Shown piece by piece: positions 1 through 14,170 of a stretch of 64,000 bases of DNA. Source of the DNA: Octopus sinensis. Its lineage: Eukaryota. Position numbers and translations under genes: made by a program. Within the stretch, counting starts at the first letter, position 1. Every line of letters starts with the position of its first letter. The stretch is taken from NCBI RefSeq assembly GCF_006345805.1, contig NC_043000.1, positions 44,020,001 to 44,084,000 of the forward strand, given 5' to 3'. The notes beneath the pieces were generated by a model. That model saw only the letters and a program-made list of their open reading frames with translations, was not told where the DNA came from and made no database searches.

Positions 1-171
1 TTCAGTCTGGGGAGTCATTTTCAGTTTGTGCCTTATAATTTAACACGCTCGCTGGTAAAATTTCCCCTTATATCTTATTTTTATTTTCCTAATATTTTCT
101 TTTCGTCTTGCAACATTTTCAATAGTCTTGACACTGTCCGTTATTTACACTACGTTCCTTTTTTATTGTTT

Positions 172-1340
172 TCACGGATGTGTGTCTGTGTGTGTGCCTA
201 TGCATGCATGTATGTATGCATGCATGTGTTTATGCATATGCATATATATGTACGTATGTGCTTCACTATGTATGTGTTCTGCATAGCTTGTGTGTCCGTG
301 TTTGAGTGTTGTTATGTATGTGTGTGTGTTTTTTATATATGTGTGTGTGTATGTGTGTGCTTTGCAACTATGTACCGTGTTTGTATGCATGAATGTGCAT
401 CCCCATGTGCATGGAAACATTTCTCCATATGTGTCCATATGTAAAGTGTGTGCGTATATATGGTGATGTGTCTCAGTCTTCATTTGCATATGTGTTCTAG
501 CTTGTTCATGTAACAGACATCCGTCTGTATATTTATCTGTTTATTTTCATATCCATATGCTTACATATATGTGCATATACAAATATATACATACACACCC
601 CACACATACATACATCTATCTACCTAACAGCCCGTTAACTATTCTACTCTAACTGTGAAACTGTGGGTATCGTGCGTATGATATCTACTATGCATATTTA
701 CTATTTAGTATTGGGGAAGTTTCATTTATAAGGACGTACTCCCGTATTTGTCTGAATGTTAAGTTTTGTAAGTGCTTGGAAAAGATGTGGATGTCAGGTT
801 AACCCAGGTTGCCTCTATGTTGGTCTTTAGCATGTTGGTAGAGCATGGAGGACTATCTTTTGTCACCATATTGTGCGGGGTGTGTATGTATATATTTGTA
901 TATGCTCCTGTATGTAATCATATGGATCCATATACAGATCAATATACAGACGGATAGGTACATAGGTTATATGAACAGACAAGCACAAATACGCAAATGG
1001 TGATTGAAACACATCAGCATATATACACACACACTTTACTTCACGCAAGGACACATATGGAGACACGTGCCATAGATATAAAGATGCACATCCATATATA
1101 CAAACACGGTAGATAGTTGCAAAACACACACAGTCAGACATGCTGGCACAAAGAGAGAAATACATGCATATACCAACACACACACATACAAAAAAATACA
1201 CAGACACTGACACAGAAGCACATGTATATGCAGAATATATACGTACAGATGTACATACATATATAGATATGCATACACATATGCACACATACATGCATAC
1301 ATGCATAGGCACACACGCCCACAAACAAAAAGGAACGCAA
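172..1340. repeat. Degenerate inverted repeat of a (TG/TA)-rich low-complexity unit (arms ~172-500 and ~960-1340)
   Basis: ttgcaactatgtaccgtgtttgtatgcatgaatgtgcatcc...tctccatatgtgtcc (~362-440) matches the reverse complement of ~1050-1125 (ttgcaactatctaccgtgtttgtatatatggatgtgcatc...tctccatatgtgtcc). The ORF-track peptides on opposite strands share FATMYRVC/FATIYRVC. Confidence 0.75.
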
Positions 1341-1463
1341 ATAACGAACAGAGTCAAGGCTGTTGGAAAGTTTGCAAGACGCAACGAAAATTTTATGAAA
1401 ATATAAAAAAGAAAATGGTTTCCAATACTTTAACCGTTTAACTTGAAGCTTTTCACTGCTTAA

Positions 1464-1928
1464 TTAATGTATCGACGAGTAGTGAACCCATTTTGCTATT
1501 CCACTGTTGTAATACTCAGAAATGATACATTTCTTCATTTTATTTCTTTGAATTTTATTTATACTTATGAGTTGAAAGAGTGTGAACATTTTCGCGAGAG
1601 CAGACACCTGGTAAATCCTTTTGATATATGTTGATATTTCAAAGTTTAACTTCAAACAGTTGTTTATATAATCATCGGGATTATTCTTTGTGCATGTCTT
1701 TTCGTTTAGCAGTAAAAGTAAAGCAAACAACGTCGTTGCAATGCTATCAACAGCGGTAATTAGATTACCTATAACATTAGTAGTAATTTCACAGCTAAGG
1801 CTTCTTTTCAAAATAATGTATACTTGCATTAGTGTTTCGAAATAAGTCATGGTTAACGCCATTTCGTTTACAACATAAGCAATGATATTGTATGATACAT
1901 ATTTGATGTCCATTTCCTTACCAGAAAA
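1464..1928 (-). CDS. Candidate terminal coding exon, 154 codons, unknown helical/partly hydrophobic protein
   Basis: Non-repetitive stop-free frame (FSGKE-MDIKYVSYNII...WVHYSSIH*) preceded directly by an in-frame acceptor-like ttatttatttattAG at 1929-1930. No family motif recognised. Confidence 0.3.
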   Translation of the reverse strand, partial: FSGKEMDIKYVSYNIIAYVVNEMALTMTYFETLMQVYIILKRSLSCEITTNVIGNLITAVDSIATTLFALLLLLNEKTCTKNNPDDYINNCLKLNFEISTYIKRIYQVSALAKMFTLFQLISINKIQRNKMKKCIISEYYNSGIAKWVHYSSIH

Positions 1929-4900
1929 CTAATAAATAAATAATTTACGAATTTGTCCCAATAAAGAGAAGACCATATTCTATTTGTGTCACCAAATTAA
2001 GCAGGCCCCCTATAGTCTTACTGAATTGTCGAATTACATTAATTCACTTAAAAAAAAAGATTTGATTATTTCTGAAATGAGACAACAGATTTTAAAGCTG
2101 TTAAACTCTCAGAAACATTCAAGATTCATCTTTCACTTGACCAATTCTTTACGTAAAAGCAAATCATGTACTTCATCACGCGTACATGAATCTAAAATTA
2201 TAGAGAACGATTAGAATTGAACAGTATATTGGATCGAAAAACTCCATTATATATGTCTCGATATAGAAACGAACACACATATCATTCGTGAAAAATTTTC
2301 ATAAAACACTGTCGTAATTTCTTACTTCAATGAAATTCTCTTATTTCGTAGACCATACTTAACATCACAATTAAATTATTTCTGTATGAACAATAGTATT
2401 ATATCATCAAAAACGTATTAATTTATGGAGAATGTATTATCCTGTTGATTGCTATAAGCTACAGTTTAATGAATTGTTACATTGATTTACATTTTGCTTT
2501 ATTCTATTGTTTCCCCCAAAGTTTTATGGTGACGAAGGACGAAATGACAGAAGACAGAATTTTGAACATGTGTGAGAACAAGTAGATGAGAAGAGAGAAA
2601 GAGGTAATACAGAAGGCACGATAGTTTATTTAGTGCGAATGAAAAACAATTCTCTCCCTTATTCTACGTGTCAGAAGCGCAATGAGAAATAATTATGAAC
2701 GCTTGATATCGGACCTGTCAAGCTGTCAGCGATAATGTTCACGACTATTTGATGAGGTTTCGCGAGAGAGGCTTCAATTCAGGCCTAACATGCAACCATG
2801 AAAATGAGCTCGCTGTGTTCAGATTGTTACTGTCAAACATCGATAACTGTACATGAAACATCATATGCTATGACACAAACAGAGACTTTAAGAGACTGTT
2901 TGGACTGTTCAAATTAGATTAATCTACAATCTTTCCCAAATGGAATAATCACTGTATAGTGACGAAGACACCGATGACAGAGGGTAGATTATTTGTATAC
3001 AAGGCAACAAATACCCGACAATACCTGTAATCCTTTTTAATCTTTCATCAAATTTGTAATATACATTCTAGATGTAATGCTGCAGGATTTAAAGATGGTG
3101 TGGACTTCCCTCCCGAAATGGGCAAAAATATCGAATGTTCATACACTTATACATTATGGACATGATGTCAAGCACCACATCAATCAAAGAGATAATCACG
3201 ATGCTAGGGAATAAAGTGGAGAGCAAGGATCACTCAATAATCGAATACATTAATGGAATTGCAGGTCAGAAGCTGCAGAGTTATGTTCATCATGGTGAAA
3301 AGCGTATGGTATCAGTCAGAGAATCTGCTAAAATTGCCTTGCTCCATGCAATTTTACCTTACAACATTCAATAGTAAGAACTGTAACATCATTTGCGTAA
3401 GGTAGCCTCATAGAAGAATCGAATAATGGGAAGGTATTTCCCAATATCTACATGATAGAACAGTGCTTTAATTACTCCTGTAATATATTAACACTCGACC
3501 ACAAATGATTCTACAGTATCTTTTGTAACCAAAAGTATATGTATTGTCTCTCATTTCTTGTATAATCGTGGATTTCACTAGGCATAATAAATATTTCCTT
3601 AATTTTTTTTATAGCAGTGTAAAAGCAGACGAGAAACTATTCTTCTGTACAATTTAAACGATACATCGAACATTGAGATGAAAACGCATTCATAGACTTT
3701 CAAACTGGCGATAATGGTCATTTCCCCAGATCATTATGTCCGAGTGCCCCAACAGAAATCTTTAGGCACAGAACTATTTTCAACAAAAATACAAAGAGGA
3801 TGAAATTGCCTACTATTCAGTGTTCAAGCGTAGTTAACTTTTGAAGTTAAATACAACTGATGATGTTGAAGAGATCCGCTTGGCATCTCAGTTCATTACC
3901 TAATTCGGAACTACAGGCTATACACTTATCTCGGACTGCTATAAAATAGGGGCTTTGCTGGGTACATTTGTAGTGGCGTGAAACTTGATAATGAAAACTC
4001 CCATAAAAATCGAATGATAGTTTTATCATCCTAGGTGATATAAGACAGAGATATCGAGCATTTGGCAAACTTGTCGTTGTTCTCTTTGGGATAGAGCTAC
4101 CAGATTCTTAGAGGTGTCTAGAATAATACTTACAATATTGGTATCATTAGTGTTGATGACACTCTTTGATATTAACGGATAGGCATATTTCTATAATTTG
4201 ACACGCATTGCAAAGCAATAGAGTGGAGAAAATATTGAGAGCTGTTAACATGTCTGACGTACAAAAGGTCTGTCAAGATCTATGGCTAACATTGAGATTG
4301 TTGACATCAAAACAAACCTTGAAATGGCATGTTTTTATGTAAGATATTGCACGTGTAATAGTTGTGTGGTAATATATACATACCAATTTAAAAGGCATTA
4401 AAGAGGGCATTCAACAAACGGAACAGAGCGTCAAAATACTGGCTATTGCAACAGCAAGATTAAGGTCAACATGTACAGAGTGTTTCGTCATTTTCGTTCT
4501 ATATATAAACTGGATTTTAATAACAGAAAACCTGAACGATACACAACAATTAATCATAAATATAAATATAGAAATGCATCAATCATTGATATGGGTAAGG
4601 ATAATTGTTTGTAGGTGGGTTCAATTTACCTAGAGGCTACAACGCTTTAATAAGATTTGTAGTGTTATCTGGTACACGTGAAACGCAATCTATTGATTAT
4701 GGTCGACGCCGCTTAACCAGTTCATGTACTTAGAGGAGTGTAGCTCCATATTTTCATACATTTTCAGTTTGGAATTTCATCGGTAGAGTGTCAAACGATT
4801 CTTCCACTTAAATCAGTGCAACTTTTTTTATATTTTCGTAAAAAACTTGAATTTGAACTATTGGAAATTCGAGATATCTCTAGCTTTTTCTGTGCCTTCT

Positions 4901-5349
4901 AAGCTTCTCTTTCGCTCCTAGATACTACGGATTATCTATAAAAAAAAGAAAAGCATTGTCAAATTAAAAACACTAACAGAAAGCAAATTCCTTCATTTTA
5001 GGTATAATACGTATCTCCTTATTAAGTACGTAAGGAATGGTTGACACAATCAGACGACATGACCTAAACACGCCATGCAATTGTGCATAACATACGTAAT
5101 ATAGTTCTACGAGGTTTGTGAATATGTTATGTACGTTAACCACAGTAAAATAATATATTCTACACTTAAACAAAATACATTATATGCCAGATATGATCTC
5201 TTAAGTGAAGTGAATGCACTCAAATAGATAAAACATGAAAATAAGTATAAGCTGTTTTATATTATTAACAAATACATAATTGAAATTATGCTGAAAAAAA
5301 GAAATAACGTCGATTGCGAATATACCAATGATAATAAAAAAAAAAAAAA

Positions 5350-5459
<110 letters not shown>

Positions 5460-6918
5460 TTAATTCTCACCATTATCATTAATATTATAATATGAATGCT
5501 TGTAATGTTAATTTCAACAATACCGTATCTGTTGACATTAATGATAAATTTGATGTATTTCTGAACATGACTAAAAGCATAATTTGCCATGAATGTATTT
5601 CCTTCTACCGTTGTTTGTAAATCATTACCTGCACCATTTTCCTATGTTCATGACTGTATTAACAATATAACAATATATGCCCTCTCGAAACTATTGTCAT
5701 ATTTAGTTTTATACATTTCTGAAAATGAATCGTGTCGAATTTGTTCTGATTATATTTGTTTCAATATCTACAGTTCTTTTCTTTATACACAATTACTATA
5801 GAGATGAATTAAAAAATACAACAATTTAAATATAGGTTAGTATAGACAGATATAAATATACATACATTCACAGACGTGAGTGTATAGAAATGCTTTCACA
5901 CATACATATAATTAAGTATATGACCAGGGAACAAACGCTTATGTGATGAACTTCAGCAGCTTACTACTTTTTCTGCTACGTGATGTAATGCACTCATAGC
6001 TAAGTATTTGTGTTTCATCAAATAACTTCGGCGCAGCTTTAAAAGAGATCTGAAACTTAATTTTGAAACTTCAATAAAGTTATAGGATGCTATACAACTA
6101 TGAGCTCATTGCATCATATGAAAGAAACTGCAGTATAATAATGATGTTTATTACATATTTTCTTGTGCCTTATAATTTATTTGATATATTATTATGCTCT
6201 GTACTCGAATAAGTCATATCACCAGTTAGTATCGCTATGCCTAAGGGAAGTACTGATATATATATATATCATCTAATAAACACAATACCTGTTTTGTGTT
6301 ACTATTAGTTTCATATGTTGAGATCATGTCAAATAATGAATTATAACGTATCTGACATCTCGTTACAGTCCTCAGGTACAACTCTTATGGCAAACCGAAC
6401 TATAAATAGAATTAGAGAAGAAACGAAAACAAAGCGTGAAGGAATTATATACAAAAAGTGGAATATTGAAAAAAAAAAAATGATAAAATAATCACAAAGA
6501 AGCAAAAGGGGGGAAAGAGTTATCTCCCCTAGCCTGTAAATTATAAGGATGGATTCAACAGTGTCTTACGGTTTATTGTACCGTTATTCATCAGGCGGAG
6601 GAGGAATTTTTCCGATTCTTCAGAAGGAACATAGGGTTATGCTTACAACCGTTGTAAATTTCGGATATAGTGTTCAGCAGTGAGTTAGAGATCTTAGAGA
6701 TCTTTTAGTTGGGCATAGCTTACATTTTTTGATCTTTTAAATATAGTGCGGGTTTTCGAATATGATCTTGGAAAGTATAAATTCAAGTTAAAAAAAAATG
6801 ATTCAATGATCTTTCGGTGTTGTAACTGCTAAGAGAAAGAAAAAGAAGTAGAAGTTGAAAGGAAGATATTACTTAGACGAAATGTTTTATTTTTGTGCCT
6901 AGACGCATATATACACAG

Positions 6919-6985
<67 letters not shown>

Positions 6986-7114
6986 GGCACATATACTTAC
7001 GCGCTCACACACTCACATCCAAGTATATAGGCATGTACATACAACGAGATGTATGCTAATACGTACACTTATGGGCGAATACACACGCTCATATATTGCT
7101 TGTTTGTTTCATTG

Positions 7115-7493
7115 TTTTATTTGTTTCAGTCATTTGGCTGCGGCCATGCTGAAGTACCGCCTTTAGTCGAATAAATCGACACCATGACTTATATTTTGTA
7201 AACTTAGTATTTATTCTATCGGTTTTTTTGCCGAACCGCTAAGTTAGGGGGACGTAAACACATCAAAGTCGATTGTCAAGCGATGGTGGTGGGGTGACAA
7301 AACCGGACACAAAATCATACACACACACACAGACACATAAACATAGATATGACGGGCTTCCTACCGTTTCCGTCTACTAAATCCACTCACAAGGTTTTGG
7401 TCGGACCGAGGCTATAGTAGAAGATACTTCCCCAAGATGCCACGCTGTGGGACTGAACCCGGAACCATGTGGCTGGTAAGCAAGCTACTTACT
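7115..7493 (-). mobile_element. tRNA-derived SINE, family A (octopus-type, internal (CA)n)
   Basis: Reverse complement shows a tRNA-like head (gtaagtagcttgcttacc...ggttccgggttcagtccc B-box), a body with cgatagaataa...ggtcgat, and the 3' end catggccgcag...actgaaac. It matches other copies in the window. Confidence 0.85.
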
Positions 7494-7642
7494 ATATAAA
7501 TTGAATTAGGTAAGAGGTTGTATTAACCTCATAAACGGATGGTTTCAACTAACGAAATGCCGATTAAATACCTAGTATTTGGGGTGGGGCGGGATCAATT
7601 CCTTTAAAATAATAGGTATATATGTAAAAGAATAGTTTATAT

Positions 7643-7835
7643 TCTCTTTTACTCTTTTACTCTTTTACTTGTTTCAGTCATTTGACTGCAGCCATGCTGG
7701 AGCACCGCCTTTAATCGAGCAACTCGACCCCGGGACTTATACTTTTGTAAGACCAGTACATATTCTATCGGTCACTTTTGCCGAACCGCTAAGTAACGGT
7801 TACCAAGCAATGCCAGGGGGACAAACACAGACACA

Positions 7836-7881
<46 letters not shown>

Positions 7882-8053
7882 CATATATGCGACAGGCTTC
7901 TTTCAGTTTCCGTCTACCAAATCCATTCACAAGGCATTGGTCGGCCCGGGGCTATAGCAGAAGACACTTGCCCAAGATGCCACGCAGTGGGACTGAACCC
8001 GGAACCATGTGGTTGGTAAACAAGCTACTTACCACACAGCCACTCCTGCGCCT
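7643..8053 (-). mobile_element. tRNA-derived SINE, family A, full length with (AGAGTAAA)n tail
   Basis: Head aggcgcaggagtggctgtgtggtaagtagcttg on the minus strand (A-box tggctgtgtgg, B-box ggttcagtccc); tandem tail ctcttttactcttttac. Confidence 0.9.
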
Positions 8054-8119
8054 ATGTATATAATATATGTATATAATATATTCTTACATAAAAAGTAAAA
8101 GAAAAGGATGATTGGGAAG

Positions 8120-8445
8120 TTAATTATTTATTATTAACAGGACATTAATTATCATCTCTTACAGCTGTTTCCGTTAATACACAAAAATATTTAGTAAATA
8201 TTAAATTTATATGACCTGAATATAATATCTTCCGGTGGCAAAAATATGCCCTTTGATATTTTGCATGTGTTTATGCATTCATTATAGCAGACTGACTCCA
8301 TAAACACAAAACATCCAAGGGTATAATTTTCGTATCTGAAGATATTTAAATGCTCAGGGCACATAAATATAATATTTATTTAACACTTATTTAGTATTAA
8401 TTGAAGCAGCTGTAAAGGTTGATGGTTAATAATAAACAATTATTG
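8120..8445. repeat. Inverted pair (~8120-8275 / 8299-8445) of a Penelope-type terminal fragment with decayed hammerhead cores
   Basis: The minus arm reads cataaacac..aagggcata..CCGGAAGA..GAAACAGCTGTAAGA. The plus arm reads cataaacac..aagggtata..CTGAAGA(8336-8342)..GAAGCAGCTGTAAAG(8403). Confidence 0.6.
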
Positions 8446-8473
8446 ACATCTTAATCGCCATATTCTTCTTGTT

Positions 8474-8523
<50 letters not shown>

Positions 8524-8613
8524 GTATTAATAAAATAGGAGATGGAATGTGTAATAGACTTTATTGAGCACAGCACATATTTCGGGTACATCAATAAAAA
8601 CTCTCATATATAT

Positions 8614-8676
<63 letters not shown>

Positions 8677-10597
8677 GTATATGTATATAAATGTACATAT
8701 GCACACACGTACACACACATACACACACATATATATACATGTATGGATGTAAATCTATTCAAATATAATTTCTTAAGTTCGTGTGTATTAAGAGAGATGG
8801 GCGTCAAGTACACGTCAAATTCCGTATGGTCGAAATCGTAATATATACATACGTATATCTGCATTAGGCATATGGATATATATATATATATCTGCAATAG
8901 GCATATGAACCCTAGCCCTATGAATTGGGATATATATATATATATATATACAGAAGGTAATTTTTCTGATGACCGTACTCAGTACAATGTTAGTGTAAAT
9001 TAAAAAAAAAACCTTTGGAGTTTTGATTGTAAAATGTGTAATGAAGAACCACACCATATATGAATGCCAATTTGTGTTATTTTGAAAATTTTCGTTAATG
9101 CTTTTTCTTTTGCATTTCACAAAAGGGAGTTAATACTATTTCGTTGTGAATCTCAGGTAACAGTGACGGTAACAGCACCCACAAATAAAGCATTAATGTT
9201 TATTGTTAATCAATGGTAACATACAGCAGTTTATACTTCATATTGGAAAACGACCGCGTGGAGGATTGCCCTGTATACCTTATCAGTGTAACTCTAGCAA
9301 GATCTTTATCTCCTATCTAGAGGTATAAAGAACTATTTCTATCCTCTTTTATTGATATATCTGCAAAAGATGTTGTGATCTATATTTTGCAAGCATTCTG
9401 ACATGAGTGATATCTCAAGGTCTAATGTTTGTACGAGGACTGATATTCGACATTACACGAGCATATACGAATTTGAGGAAGACGCCATATCTGATATTCA
9501 ACAAGTAGTTTGGGGAGAACCTAGGATAACATTGTGTTGCATTGATATTTACTATTCATGTAAATGTGCTAAGGACACGTTTCCTAATTTTAGTCTAATA
9601 CAACTAAATCAGTCATTCTAAAATGTAAGACATAATAAACAATTCATTTACTAGTATTGCATTTAAGATTAGATTTTAAATACCAACATTTATTATATCA
9701 TCACAAAAAATGTTGCGCTTGTAACTGGCAAATGTTTTCCCGAAGTTATCCCAAAAGAGTTCCCCAATACGTTTTCAAAACCCGAATCTCACTAATTATT
9801 ATGTATAAATTATTCTTGCTGAATATTGCATTCATAACTAGATTTTTTATATTGAAAGTTAAAGCAGATTCCAAACTGCTTGAAAGTAAATTCCAGATTT
9901 TCAAGTAATTCTTTTGATTATGCTTAAATCAGTTCAGATAATATTAATACTATGTCTATCTTGTGCTCTAATCTGTTTCTACAAAATTTATTCACAATTT
10001 CGTCACATTCAGGCACTCAAGACATACACATATACAAATGTTTAAGTCATTTGGATGTATTTGTTTCAGTCCTTAGGATGTATGCAATATGAGTAACATT
10101 GGATGAATTCTAAAAGGTTATTTATTACAAGGCAAAAAGTGTTGATACAAATGAGTATATGATATCACAGTGTATTCATGGTTCATTTATTCATTCATAA
10201 ACAATATAAAACGAGAGAAAAATTCCCAAAAGCATCTGGCTTTGTTCAATATTAAGCGTTTCGGCTTCAGGCAAAAATGGAGGAATTAGGTTAAATACAG
10301 AAATGATATTGCATTTAAAATAAAATCCTTATCATGGAATCACATTCATCCGCATGATTCACTCCTATAGTTGTTAGTATATCAGACATTCTGTATTTAA
10401 GTTATCATTAAATAATAAGTATTAACAGTAATAAAAGATGAAGAAAAAGTAAACTTCATGTATAAGTTAGATAGTATTATGAATATGATACGAAATTTTT
10501 GTGTAAATATATTAGATATTACAACATATATAACCGAATAAATTAATTCCTGTTATGTATGCAACCATGTGTTTGATGCATAATTTAAACACATAAG

Positions 10598-10636
<39 letters not shown>

Positions 10637-10662
10637 TATATATATATCATAAAAGAATTCAT

Positions 10663-10780
<118 letters not shown>

Positions 10781-11151
10781 TGTATATATGCAAGCGTATA
10801 GAGCACGTAGGTGTATACTTTCAAGAATAATATACCCATAAACACTTCTATATATGTGAGTCAGGAATTAACTTGTGAATTATGTATGACTTATATTCTA
10901 AGAATATTCTTAAAGGAATATGAATTAATGTTGGAAGTCATCTTCACTTCTTGAATACATAAATATGCGTTAATAATTCGAAATTGTCTTCACGGGAACA
11001 CCTTACAGATCAAGAATTCGGCATCTGATAAACATTCAAATTAATTGAATTTACATTATAATAACAAGAATAATCTTATCTACTTCAGAGTCTTTCCTCA
11101 ACCATATATATTTTATTTTCTTTTACAAAATACAAACACACACACACACAC

Positions 11152-11206
<55 letters not shown>

Positions 11207-11797
11207 AAAACAGGCAGAGATAGGTAGTGACAAAGAGCGAAAGGGGGAGAGATGAGAAAGAGCAGAAAGAGGTAGATAAAAATATACACATGCATTTATA
11301 TGTATTATACGCAAATGTGCGCATGAAAACAGGCATACCTACACCTACGACAAGATTCACAATCACTCACACAATACCGGGCCCTCCTCCTGCTTGTGTG
11401 TGTGCTACGTATTTGTAATTTGATAGCACGCAACCTTCTTTATTTTGCTTCCTACATCGTAATCCATAAAATTATTTAAAGTTGCACTAGATGTTCTAAG
11501 GGTACACGATGACAATTTATGGGTACGGTAACAAAATTATGGTGCCAGCAAATGAATGGAGATACACACTGTATAAACTGGGAAACTCGTTTAAAAATTA
11601 TTTTATCCCTGAAATACGGAAACCGGAGATTTACACGGGAAAAATCGGAAAATTATAATGCGTAGAAAATAAAATATAGATGACACATAACATTTAATCC
11701 ATAACTTTCTAAGACAGAGATGCCAGAAATAAAGGCACGAGCATAAGATAGCTACTCCGCTAGAGGAGGCGAGCACAGTTCATGAGAAAGACAATAA

Positions 11798-11990
11798 TTA
11801 TTTCTACTCTAGCACAAGGCCTTCGAGACTTTTGGGGAAGGGGGCTAGTCGATTATGTCTGGTACTTATTTCATCGATCCCGAAAGGATGAAAGGCAAAG
11901 TTGACCTCGGTTGAATTTGAAATCAGAACGTAGTGGTAGACGAAATACTGCTAAGCATTTCGCCCGGTGTGTTAAAGATTCTGCCAGCTC
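11798..11990 (-). mobile_element. tRNA-derived SINE, family B, with 14-bp target site duplication
   Basis: Head gagctggcagaatc..ccgggcgaaatgcttag on the minus strand, with central ctttgcctttcatcctttcgggatcgat. TSD GAGAAAGACAATAA at 11784-11797 and 11991-12004. Confidence 0.9.
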
Positions 11991-13989
11991 GAGAAAGACA
12001 ATAACGAAAATGATATGAATGCATTTGGAGAATGAAACGTCACAGAATGCGAACCAATGCAAGAGAAAAGGGATAAAAAAAAGAAGAATTACCGACAATA
12101 ATGTCTGCATAAAAACTTGAGAGAGGGGTGAAACCTTTCGAAGTAAAAACAATCACTTGGCAAATATAAAGTGATATTCCTACCAGCACTGCTGCAGTGT
12201 GTCGTAAACGAAACTAAATAACGACACAAAGAGCCGTCGTTGTTTTATATCAATCTATATCACCAACAGATTTACATATTTTCTTAGAACAGCGCTGCAA
12301 AGAATACTTTCCTAAAACTATAAAAATTCAGTATATGCTTCAATTGCAAAGTGAAATAGCAACAACATACATTAAAATATCTGTACATATAGATTGTGTT
12401 TCGAACATTATAAATCGATCGAGGTTGAGTTGGTGGAGGAACGAAAGCATGCCAGATGAAAACCAACGTGGAGAATGTCAAGACAAACTGAAACACATGT
12501 AGTGGGATACACTTGGGGAAAACTGCATTCCATTTGTCAAATAACAATACAGATGGATATCCCGTGTCGACGCCCTTTGCTCCACATGCAAATAAACGAT
12601 TTTTAGAAGGATGGATAAATTAAAATTGAATCGAGTTTATGTTTTATTTGCTATTAAAACATTGTACAAAGAGCCTATGAAAATATAAGTTACATCTCGC
12701 ATAAAAATAATCTGGGATAAATTTTACAGTATGACTATATATTAAATATCGAATATGTTATCATATTTATAAGATTAATTTAAAGACATATTTTGCCTTA
12801 ATATGTAAATATATTTACAACACTCATTTCAATTTACTTCCAGATATCTTGGATAAATTCATGAAGGAAACGTTCAAAGACTGTATTTGGGAACCAATTT
12901 ATAATTAAGGCATCCACACAGTTGCTTTCGTAAAACTATTTTTCATATCTATACCTTTACTCCGACTATGTTATATATAAATATATGTGTGCGTTTTGCC
13001 TTAACAGACAGAAAGACACACGCTCACGCGTGATTTAAGAAATTTATAGGCAAAAGCAATACATGTATTGTTAAAAATCGACCTGATTATTTCTTGAATT
13101 TGCTTTTGTTGAACAATATTAGAAAATATACCTTGCAAACTTGCAACTACTGCTATAGTTTTTTACTGGTAATTGAACGGCAATGTGTATTCTTATGTAC
13201 CTTGGGCCTGCCACGCCATTGTTTTTTGTCAAGAGTTTCACCTCCATCCGTTCGTTATCTCAGTCAACACATACACTTACACACCATTCTGCTGTGGTGG
13301 CCGTAAAGACGGTAAGTTTCCGATGCGTAATGTCGGTCACAGTAGGATGTAAAATTTCATTTATTTCAATATAATAGAAATAAGAAGATCTAAATATTAA
13401 GACATTAGAATTAAAGGTTTAACGATATTATAGCTTCATCACATTATAGAGGATAAACAACTTTCCTTATTATAGTACTGGTGTGGCTAATTCGGCGAAA
13501 TATTAATTTCATTATTGAAACATCGCCACTCTCGTAATGCAAAAGTTTGTAATTTCGGTTGAAATTGAAAGTGTGAAACTCATTTCACTTTCTAATGAAA
13601 CCTGGTCGTTGTAGAGCGGTGTCTTGATAATAACTATAGCTACTTGTTCAGGTAACGTAGAATTTATGTAAATGAAAATATAATTTATTTGGTAGCCAAA
13701 AAATTACTCAATATTTTGATACCACTTACATCAAAATGGGCAACCCAATTTTGGAATGCATAAGGAAATGCACGTATACACACGCACAGGCACACATACA
13801 CACACTCACACACACATACTGTCTCTCTATCACTTTTAGAGCATACATAAGGTATGAACTATTAACATTTCTTTGTCACTCGCTATCACTGTCTTTCATC
13901 TTCTCCAATAGAAACTTGTTTTCTGTCTCTGCTTCTCTCTTGACTCGGTATTTTTCACATTTTGTGTTCCACCCGATGAAACACAAAAC

Positions 13990-14037
<48 letters not shown>

Positions 14038-14038
14038 A

Positions 14039-14087
<49 letters not shown>

Positions 14088-14094
14088 ATCTATA

Positions 14095-14125
<31 letters not shown>

Positions 14126-14160
14126 ATATCTATCTATATATCTATCTATCTATCTATCTA
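13990..14160. repeat. (ATCT)n microsatellite
   Basis: Direct reading of the sequence. Confidence 0.95.
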
Positions 14161-14170
14161 TATATATATA

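Noticed and set aside
2522-2603. Acceptor/donor-bounded purine-rich segment
   Set aside because: Stops in all three frames and no other support.
12284-12600. Hydrophobic minus-strand ORF (FVLTFSTLVFIWHAFVPPP) with possible tttcAG and GTATGT sites
   Set aside because: Short, no recognisable family, weak splice sites; cannot be separated from chance.
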